Positions 9,591 through 16,483 of a DNA stretch of 16,483 nucleotides are shown here, piece after piece; position 1 is the stretch's first letter; the number at the start of each line of letters is the position of its first letter. The notes below the pieces were generated by a model. It was not told the origin of the DNA and searched no databases. It saw nothing but the letters and a program-made list of their open reading frames with translations. Made by a program: the position numbers and the translations under genes. The stretch lies in assembly GCA_041572575.1 (NCBI GenBank), contig JBFFSH010000058.1, positions 1-16,483 on the forward strand, given 5' to 3'. Origin of the DNA: Thermodesulfobacteriota bacterium. GTDB lineage: Bacteria; Desulfobacterota_D; UBA1144; Nemesobacterales; N074bin48.

Positions 9591-10988
9591 TTATTTATTG
9601 GCAATATCTATTATTTCATCTATATCGGTGTATTTAAGTCTGGGTCTTCCCAGTTTTTCACCTCTTAGTTTTTCAGAATCATCTACCTTGAGCCACTTTT
9701 CATAGGTAATTATCTTATCGTTTCTACTCATTATAAGATTTTCTATAGACTCAGTATCAGTTAATTCCGGTGTATTCAATTTGTTTTCGTTTATGTCTTC
9801 GAGTATAAAGTTTACAGTCTCGGCAGAATCAGTCTTGTTTGTACCAATAATCCCGGTAGGTCCGCGCTTGATCCATCCTGTGGCATACAACCCATTAATA
9901 TGTTTGTTGCCATTATCTACTATCCTGCCTTTTTCATTTGATATAACACCCCAACTCTCATTAAACGGAACTCCGGCAAGAGGTACTCCATGATATCCGA
10001 TAGAGCGAAATACCAGACCTACATCTAGCTCAATATTTTTATCAATTGACTTACACCTCACCGATCCATCTTCTGATTCATAAAGTTCATTTTCGGTAAG
10101 TACGAGGGATTTGATAGTACTGTCATCATTGCCTGTAATTTCTACTGGTGAGAGTAAAAATTTAATATACAGTTTTTTGTCCTTGTCACCCGTAGCGGCC
10201 TGTGAATACTCTTTTAACAGTTCTAGTTTTCTGGTTACTGACTTATCTTCATGTTCTTGCATCTGTTTGATTGTTATCTTGTCAGGCTCTATCTCATCTT
10301 TATCCAGAATCAAATCCGCCCCTTCAAGATTGCCAAGCTCCTTTAATTCAGGGTTTGTAAATGCTGCCTGAGCAGGACCTCTTCTTCCAATCATATAGAC
10401 TTCTTTTACATTGCTATTTGCCAGTTTTTCAAGCGCATAGTCGGCTATATCAGTTTTTTCAAGCTCCTCTGTTGTCCTGCATAGTATTCTTGCTACGTCC
10501 ACTGCTACATTTCCCACGCCTATTATTGCTACTTTCTCCTGACTAAGGTCGAATTCCCTTTCCTTATAATCAGGATGTCCGTTATACCACGCTACAAATT
10601 CTGTTGCCGTATAAGAACCCTTAAGATCTTCTCCCGGGATGTTCATTTTTCTGTCTGTCTGAGCACCGGTTGCAAAAATGATTATATGATAATGTTTTTT
10701 AAGATCATCCAGGTTAATATCTTTTCCATACTCCACATTTCCAAAAAACCTGAATCCCGGGTTTTGGGCAATTTTATCAAATACCCTCGTTACAGTCTTT
10801 ATTTTTTGATGATCCGGGGCTACGCCTGACCTTACAAGGCCAAAAGGAGTAGGCAGTCGGTCATAGATGTCCACATTAAAAGAATAATCTTTATTTTTGA
10901 ACAGATGTTCGGCAGCATAAAATCCCGCAGGTCCTGAGCCTATGATTGCCGCATTAAAAGTTTTTTTAGATTCTTTTGTTTCGTTCAT
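9591..10988 (-). CDS. Ferredoxin-NADP+ reductase, adrenodoxin-reductase/FprA type
   Basis: FAD motif GSGPAG, PFGLVRSGVAPDH, NADPH motif GVGNVAVDVAR, GRRGPAQAAFT, GWIKRGPTGIIGTN. Confidence 0.92.
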   Translation of the reverse strand: MNETKESKKTFNAAIIGSGPAGFYAAEHLFKNKDYSFNVDIYDRLPTPFGLVRSGVAPDHQKIKTVTRVFDKIAQNPGFRFFGNVEYGKDINLDDLKKHYHIIIFATGAQTDRKMNIPGEDLKGSYTATEFVAWYNGHPDYKEREFDLSQEKVAIIGVGNVAVDVARILCRTTEELEKTDIADYALEKLANSNVKEVYMIGRRGPAQAAFTNPELKELGNLEGADLILDKDEIEPDKITIKQMQEHEDKSVTRKLELLKEYSQAATGDKDKKLYIKFLLSPVEITGNDDSTIKSLVLTENELYESEDGSVRCKSIDKNIELDVGLVFRSIGYHGVPLAGVPFNESWGVISNEKGRIVDNGNKHINGLYATGWIKRGPTGIIGTNKTDSAETVNFILEDINENKLNTPELTDTESIENLIMSRNDKIITYEKWLKVDDSEKLRGEKLGRPRLKYTDIDEIIDIANK

Positions 10989-11143
10989 TTCATATATAAG
11001 ATTATATATTTCTAGATCTATAAGATATTGTTACTATTTAGACATTTAAGGGCTGTTAATATACTCAAATTAATTAATAGTACAATCTGTTACTATCTAT
11101 ATGTAAGGTGCTTGAAAATATCAGTTATAGAGGAGTATTAACA

Positions 11144-11557
11144 ATGTTAGAAAGATGGTTTATTATGGCGCTAGCAGCAACTGTGCTTTTTGCTCTTGGA
11201 AGTTTTTTTGGAAAGATAGCATCAGCAAACGATATCCCCTTCAGGGTCTATTTTTTTGAGGGTATGGGTACTCTTACGGTTCTCTTTACGGTTATATTTT
11301 TAAAAAGAAATGAAATTTTCTCAGCGTTTTCCCCAAACTATGCTGCACTTGCCATGGGTCTTTGCTGGGGAATAGGTACTGTACTGTTTATTATTGCATT
11401 AAAGGATGCAAAGCTCTCTGTCACTGTTCCGCTTACGGGTTTGTATCCGGCTATTACTATAATACTTGCTCTGGTGTTTTTAGGTGAAAAACTGGGACCA
11501 AGAGAAGTTGCCGGGGTTAGTCTAGCTGTAGTGTCAGCCATGCTTCTTGCCAGGTAA
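11144..11557 (+). CDS. EamA/DMT-family single-domain membrane transporter
   Basis: About five hydrophobic segments; SVTVPLTGLYPAITIILALVFLGEKL motif. Start moved to ATG 11144 because SD AGAGGAG lies at 11129-11135. Confidence 0.88.
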   Translation: MLERWFIMALAATVLFALGSFFGKIASANDIPFRVYFFEGMGTLTVLFTVIFLKRNEIFSAFSPNYAALAMGLCWGIGTVLFIIALKDAKLSVTVPLTGLYPAITIILALVFLGEKLGPREVAGVSLAVVSAMLLAR

Positions 11558-11622
11558 CATATTATTACATCTATTAAAAAACAATTCTTTAATACATAAA
11601 AATAGAATATACTTAATTAGCT

Positions 11623-13923
11623 ATGCAGAATATAAAATCCATAGACAGATCTGACTTCCATCTTAAAGTTGTACAGGAAATTGGAGACCTTATTAACAGA
11701 ACTTCGGGTCTAAACAACATCCTCGAACAGGTTGTAAACAAGATAGGTGATGCGCTTCATTTTGATATTGTGTCAGTCTACCTATGGGATACAGAGAGTG
11801 AAAAACTTATTTTAAAAGCTACAAGGGGTCTTAATGTTGATCCTAATAATCCTATTACTCTAAAAGCATCGGAAGGTCTTACAGGTTATGTGTTCACATC
11901 CAAAAGACCACTGATAGCAATGCCGGCATCAGAGCACCCATACTATAAATACTTTCCCGAAATAGGAGAAGAGGAATATGAAAGCTACATTGGACTTCCA
12001 ATCCAGCTTCAAAATAAATTTATGGGAGTACTGGTTGGGCAGACAAATGAGCGGCGTCTTATTCATCCTTCAGAAGAATCTCTTTTTCAGATAATAGCCA
12101 GCAGACTTGCGGCACTGTTGGAAGTAGCTGACAATCTTGAGAGATTAAAACCGGCGTCTTCAAAGAAAAAGAAAGTTAGGATGACATTGCAGGGTAAGGG
12201 AGTGTCTTCGGGGTTTGCTGTAGGAAATGTATATATATTCAAGGGAATGTATGATCAGTACAGACCCGATGATGTTAATAAAGGAACTGCCGAACAAGAG
12301 TCGCAAAAGATTATTGATGCATTTATTAATGTTGAAAATGACCTGAACTTTTTAATAAAAGACCTTAAAAACCAGCACTTCCTGTCTGATAGTGAGATAG
12401 GTATTTTTGAAACTCACCTTATGATTCTTGGTGATTCGGGATTTAAAAACAAGATTCTTGATAGAATTACGAAGAAAAAAGCATCGGCAGAAAGAGCTCT
12501 AATTGATACAATTGAAGAAGTTGCGAGGCATTTTGAGAGTCTTACAGATATTTATTTTAAGGAAAGGGCCGGGGATTTTAGGGACATAGGACAGAGGGTG
12601 CTTCATTATCTAGTCCAATCAAGGACAAATGGAGATGTTAGCGTAGAGGTTAAAAAGGGATCGATCCTTGTAGCAAAGGACATAGGCCCCTCGTTTGTTT
12701 CCATGTTATATAAAAATCAGATATCTGCCATAGTAACTGAAAAAGGCGGCGAGACCTCTCACCTTGTAATTCTGGCTAAGTCACTGGGTATCCCGGCTGT
12801 AGTGGGTATTGAAAATGTATCTGATATCCTTAGCGCCGGTGAGAAAATAATTGTAGACGGTAAAACCGGGTTTGTAATCACTCAGCCCGGAAAGGAGCTC
12901 ATAAATCAGTATCAGGAGAAATTTTCCAAATATGAACGGTTGAGAGATTATATAGAAAAGGAAAGCCTCAAAACGCCTAACCCTGACATACAGCTAAAAC
13001 TAACTGCAAACATTGGATTTCCCGTGGATGTATCTTTAGCAAATCAGTATAACCTTTCCGATGTAGGACTTTTCAGGACAGAGTTTGCATTTTCTCAGTT
13101 TGAAAAGTGGCCCGAGTTAAAGGAACAGGTAGATGTGTACGACAGAGTGGCCGAAAATTTCAGCGGATATATCACAGTCAGAACCCTGGATGTGGGGGCC
13201 GATAAACTGCTTCCTTATCTTAAATTTCCAGAAGAAGAGAACCCTCTGCTTGGGCTTAGGGCAATCAGGTTTTCGATGGAGTATCTTGAGACTTTCCAGG
13301 ATCAGATAAAGGCAATACTCCTTGCCGGCACGAAGGGGCATAAATTCAGGATTCTTCTGCCCATGGTAACAAACATATGGGAAGTCGAGACTGCAAAGGA
13401 ATTAATCGAACAGATTGGTGATGAGCTTGGGGTAAACAAAACAGAGCTTCCCCCGCTTGGAATGATGATAGAGGTTCCGGGCCTCATATATCAGCTTGAA
13501 GACTACAGACATCTTGTCGATTTTATATCAATCGGTACAAATGACCTTATCCAGTATCTGCTTGCTGTAGACCGTAACTCAAACGAAGTGGGCCATCTGT
13601 ATTCAAGCTATCATCCGTCAATAATAAGGATGCTCTATGATCTTTTCAGAAAAACAGAGCACCTGCATATGGAGATATCGCTTTGTGGTGAGATAGCCGG
13701 ATCACTCGCCGGATCACTAATTCTTCTATCTCTTGGCTACCGGGTCCTAAGCATATCACCCACAAGGGCTCCTGTTATTAGATACCTTGTAAACAATATA
13801 GACAGGGATTTACTGGAAGAAATAAAAAAGCATATTCTTTTTGAAAAAAAGGAAAAAGAGATTAAGACTTATTTAAATGAAGTTATAGAAAAAATTTATC
13901 CTTCACTCAGTGAGCTTTACTAG
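11623..13923 (+). CDS. ptsP: GAF-domain PEP-protein phosphotransferase (EI-Ntr)
   Basis: N-terminal GAF domain; phospho-His GGETSHLVILAKSLGIP; VGLFRTEF, RTLDVGADK, EENPLLGLRAIR, SIGTNDLIQY, LCGEIAG. Confidence 0.93.
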   Translation: MQNIKSIDRSDFHLKVVQEIGDLINRTSGLNNILEQVVNKIGDALHFDIVSVYLWDTESEKLILKATRGLNVDPNNPITLKASEGLTGYVFTSKRPLIAMPASEHPYYKYFPEIGEEEYESYIGLPIQLQNKFMGVLVGQTNERRLIHPSEESLFQIIASRLAALLEVADNLERLKPASSKKKKVRMTLQGKGVSSGFAVGNVYIFKGMYDQYRPDDVNKGTAEQESQKIIDAFINVENDLNFLIKDLKNQHFLSDSEIGIFETHLMILGDSGFKNKILDRITKKKASAERALIDTIEEVARHFESLTDIYFKERAGDFRDIGQRVLHYLVQSRTNGDVSVEVKKGSILVAKDIGPSFVSMLYKNQISAIVTEKGGETSHLVILAKSLGIPAVVGIENVSDILSAGEKIIVDGKTGFVITQPGKELINQYQEKFSKYERLRDYIEKESLKTPNPDIQLKLTANIGFPVDVSLANQYNLSDVGLFRTEFAFSQFEKWPELKEQVDVYDRVAENFSGYITVRTLDVGADKLLPYLKFPEEENPLLGLRAIRFSMEYLETFQDQIKAILLAGTKGHKFRILLPMVTNIWEVETAKELIEQIGDELGVNKTELPPLGMMIEVPGLIYQLEDYRHLVDFISIGTNDLIQYLLAVDRNSNEVGHLYSSYHPSIIRMLYDLFRKTEHLHMEISLCGEIAGSLAGSLILLSLGYRVLSISPTRAPVIRYLVNNIDRDLLEEIKKHILFEKKEKEIKTYLNEVIEKIYPSLSELY

Positions 13924-14010
13924 CTAAAATTCTATATTTCTATCTCTATTAACTCTGTTTTTATTACTTTTTATAATATATACATAATTTTAATTCAGTG
14001 TTAATTCCAT

Positions 14011-14039
14011 TTGACAAATTAAGCGTGTTTTGATACTGT
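14011..14039 (+). promoter_or_regulatory. Sigma-70 promoter of gltA
   Basis: TTGACA (14011-14016), 17-nt spacer, TACTGT (14034-14039), extended -10 TG at 14031-14032. Confidence 0.7.
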
Positions 14040-14114
14040 GGTTAGGTTATTTGCTAGAATATTTAACTTTTTATTCTTACAAATTGAATACTATCACACG
14101 AAGGAGGTCTGATT

Positions 14115-15407
14115 GTGGCAAAGAAAGATACATTAACAATCACTGATAACAGGACTGGTAAGGAATACGAAGTTCCTATTACTAATGACACCATTAAGGC
14201 TATGGATTTAAGACAAATTAAGGTCAAGGAAAGCGATTTCGGGATGATGAGTTACGATCCTGCATACAGCAATACAGCTCACTGCACAAGCAGGGTAGCT
14301 TTTATTGATGGTGATAAGGGAGTACTGGTATACAGGGGATATCCAATTGAAGTACTGGCTGAAAAAAGTAACTACCTAGAGGTTGCCTACCTGCTGTTAA
14401 ATGGCCAGCTGCCTAATAAAAAAGAGTACAAAGAGTGGGAACACAATATTACTCACCATACTTATGTTCACGAAAATATTAAAAAATTCATAGGCGGTTT
14501 CAGATATGATGCACACCCCATGGGAATGCTTCTTAGCACAGTAGGCGCACTTTCTACTTTTTATCCAGATGCTAAAGATATTTTCAATGAAGAAAACAGA
14601 GAAATTCAGATTCAAAGACTAATTTCCAAGATGCCTACACTTGCTGCATTTTCTTATCGTCACGCAATGGGTCTGCCTTTTGTTTATCCTGATAACAGCT
14701 TAAGCTACCCTGGTAATTTCTTAAACATGATGTTTAACATCGCTCAAAAAGAATATAAGCCAAACAAGGCAATTGAAAGAGCAATCGATATACTATTCAT
14801 TCTACATGCCGATCACGAGCAGAACTGCAGCGCTGCTGCAATGAGAAACGTAGGAAGCTCGCTTCCTGATCCTTATTCTGCAACTGCTGCTGCAATTGCA
14901 GCTCTTTATGGACCTCTGCATGGTGGAGCTAACGAAGGCGTACTTCAGATGTTAGCAGAGATCGGCTCAAAGGATCAGATTCCAAAATATGTTGAAAGAG
15001 CCAAAAAAGGTGAATTCAGACTCATGGGTTTTGGACACAGGGTTTATAAATCCTACGATCCAAGGGCAAAGATAATAAAGAAAATCGCATATGATGTGTT
15101 TGAAGAAACAGGAGAAAATCCACTACTCGAAATGGCGCTTGAGCTTGAAAAGATCGCTCTTTCTGACGAATACTTCGTTAAGAGAAAGCTCTATCCTAAT
15201 GTAGACTTCTACTCAGGGCTTATTTATCAGAGCATGGGTCTTCCGGTGAGCATGTTCACCGTACTTTTTGCAATCGCAAGAACAAGCGGATGGCTGGCAC
15301 AGTGGAAAGAGTTCTTAACTGACCCAGAGAGCAGAATTGCAAGACCTCGTCAGGTTTATCTTGGGGATATGGGCAAGAAGTATGTTCCTCTTGCAAAGAG
15401 AAAGTAA
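14115..15407 (+). CDS. gltA: Citrate synthase
   Basis: IDGDKGVLVYRGYPI, HADHEQN, GPLHGGAN, GFGHRVY, YPNVDFYSG; GTG start with SD AAGGAGG at 14101-14107. Confidence 0.97.
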   Translation: MAKKDTLTITDNRTGKEYEVPITNDTIKAMDLRQIKVKESDFGMMSYDPAYSNTAHCTSRVAFIDGDKGVLVYRGYPIEVLAEKSNYLEVAYLLLNGQLPNKKEYKEWEHNITHHTYVHENIKKFIGGFRYDAHPMGMLLSTVGALSTFYPDAKDIFNEENREIQIQRLISKMPTLAAFSYRHAMGLPFVYPDNSLSYPGNFLNMMFNIAQKEYKPNKAIERAIDILFILHADHEQNCSAAAMRNVGSSLPDPYSATAAAIAALYGPLHGGANEGVLQMLAEIGSKDQIPKYVERAKKGEFRLMGFGHRVYKSYDPRAKIIKKIAYDVFEETGENPLLEMALELEKIALSDEYFVKRKLYPNVDFYSGLIYQSMGLPVSMFTVLFAIARTSGWLAQWKEFLTDPESRIARPRQVYLGDMGKKYVPLAKRK

Positions 15408-15418
15408 GTATATAGTCT

Positions 15419-15769
15419 TTAGCCGCCTGCAAAGTGCCTGTTTAGCAGGGAGTTGTAAAAAAGGTCTATATAGTAATTCAGATTAGATATAAAGATTTCT
15501 AAAAGTTGTTCTTTAAGCGGGTCTGTCTCAGTGGCAGGCCCGTTTTTTTTTGTAAGATCGGCAGAGAGCGCCTCGTAATTTTCCTTAAGTGATTCATGAA
15601 ACTGCTTTTCATCGTCATTCATAACCACTTCAATTAATGCTAAATCCTGTAAATCATATTTTTTCTTTGTAATAGCCTGCTCTAAATCAGCCTCCGAAAC
15701 TAAACCCTCAAGCCCGGAAGTGTTTTTCAGCGAATCCTCATAAATTTCAAACAGTTTCTTTGTATGCAT
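15419..15769 (-). CDS. Hypothetical acidic, helical protein (116 aa; likely start ATG 15769)
   Basis: ORF MHTKKLFEIYEDSLK...NRHFAGG. The upstream 26 codons of the track ORF contain a promoter-like sequence. Confidence 0.7.
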   Translation of the reverse strand: MHTKKLFEIYEDSLKNTSGLEGLVSEADLEQAITKKKYDLQDLALIEVVMNDDEKQFHESLKENYEALSADLTKKNGPATETDPLKEQLLEIFISNLNYYIDLFYNSLLNRHFAGG

Positions 15770-15776
15770 AGATACA

Positions 15777-15805
15777 ATGTTAATTAATGTATGGGAGTTA
15801 GTAAA
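15777..15805 (-). promoter_or_regulatory. Putative sigma-70 promoter giving a leaderless mRNA
   Basis: TTTACT (15805-15800), 17 nt, TAACAT (15782-15777), 7 nt, ATG (15769); no SD. Confidence 0.5.
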
Positions 15806-15852
15806 GAGGGAAGGGAAATATATGTCATTGCAGTGTATATAAAACACTGTTA

Positions 15853-16340
15853 TTGCAAAAATGCCAGTTTGTTACCATAAACCCTGAAAACATGGCAATT
15901 TGGCATTATTTAAAATAATCATAGTTAGAATCAAAAGATCAAGGTTCATACCCTATGGCCTGATACGTGATCTTTTGATCTTTTTATATACTAGGCTCAA
16001 GGCTCAAATGTTTTACCCTAACCCTGAGCTTTTGAGCCTAAGTGATTATAACTTCCTGATAATATTGATTTTTTATAAGAAAGTCTCTTAGTCTCTAATT
16101 TTTTTTCTTAACCATTAAATTATTAGATTAAGAGACTAAGTAAATTTCTAAGAGTTATTGTCAAACTATGAATTTGTTCATCCTAACAGTGAGGCTTTGA
16201 TAGTTTGATAGAAGGTGAATGAAATATATTACTTAATAATAATTATTATTATTTTATTAAATCTATTAGATTTGGTTAATAGAGTTCCTATCAAACTATT
16301 AATTTCTCAGGTCTAGAGAATTAATACTGATGGTATGATA
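15853..16340 (+). repeat. Array of six hairpins built from unit-specific 7-8-nt tandem repeats (function unknown)
   Basis: Arms at 15860-74/15893-907, 15930-41/15968-79, 15992-16006/16025-40, 16082-96/16125-40, 16158-72/16197-211 and 16289-308/16316-40. Confidence 0.75.
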
Positions 16341-16350
16341 TTAAAAATTA

Positions 16351-16483
16351 GGAGCTCGCATAGGACAGCAAAGTATACTAAGCTGAAACTATGCAAAAGA
16401 AGTTACTTAAGAATACAAAACTATCAAATAGTAAGATAAGCAAGCTAATACAAATGTTTGTATTGGAAGTGCCGGCATGTAAA
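16351..16483 (+). mobile_element. Probable IS1595-family (IS1016-like) insertion sequence, left end, truncated
   Basis: Begins GGAGCT... (IS1016-group ends are GGGGCT-like) after the AT-rich 8-mer AAAAATTA; the ORF starts 40 nt inside. The exact boundary is inferred. Confidence 0.55.
16391..16483 (+). CDS. Probable IS1016-like transposase, N-terminal fragment (partial)
   Basis: MQKKLLKNTKLSNSKISKLIQMFVLEVPACK resembles IS1016-type N-termini as I recall them ((S/C)(K/R)LSxxxxxxLxxxFVxxV(T/P)AxxAA). Open to the window edge; not in the ORF track. Confidence 0.62.
   Translation, partial: MQKKLLKNTKLSNSKISKLIQMFVLEVPACK

Noticed and set aside
11108..11143. Upstream GTG start for the EamA gene
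   Set aside because: The SD position supports ATG 11144.
15770..15847. N-terminal extension of the 142-aa track ORF
   Set aside because: Overlaps a well-spaced promoter; ATG 15769 is preferred.
15853..15867. Sigma-54-like TGGCATTTTTGCA on the minus strand
   Set aside because: GG-to-GC spacing is 7 nt, not the required 10.
15900..16091. 63-aa ORF from the track
   Set aside because: TTG start, no SD, no recognisable protein features; runs through hairpins H0-H3.
16234..16283. AT-only palindromes TAATAATAATTATTATTA and AAATCTATTAGATTT
   Set aside because: Low complexity and expected in very AT-rich DNA; they lack the architecture of the array units.
15853..16340. CRISPR array, integron attC sites or TIGR-type array
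   Set aside because: No constant repeat at fixed period. GTT/AAC lie in the centres, in the wrong order for attC, and do not fit RYYYAAC...GTTRRRY. No cas, intI or Nop-domain gene is in the window.

Overview
AT-rich bacterial chromosomal segment, probably a whole contig, because each end runs into the left end of a different insertion sequence that the ORF track missed: an IS3-family (IS407-like) element at 1-140 and a probable IS1595-family (IS1016-like) element from ~16351. Between them are mostly housekeeping genes: smpB, tmRNA (ssrA), rph, rdgB, pyrG and an RNase II-family gene, closed by a bidirectional terminator. These are followed by a secreted multidomain S8 subtilase with a near-consensus sigma-54 promoter, an exported hypothetical protein, an FprA-type ferredoxin-NADP+ reductase, an EamA transporter, GAF-containing PtsP (EI-Ntr), citrate synthase and a probably leaderless orphan gene. 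The main unexplained signal is the non-coding stretch 15853-16340. It holds six hairpins whose arms are 7-8-nt tandem repeats that differ between units, whose mismatches are mostly G·U-compatible on the + strand, and three of which share a TGTT-N6-7-AAC-NN-TGA core. A separate long hairpin with alternative folds lies at 275-368, upstream of smpB. Taxonomy cannot be fixed from this window. All calls are by eye, with no database searches or folding runs.
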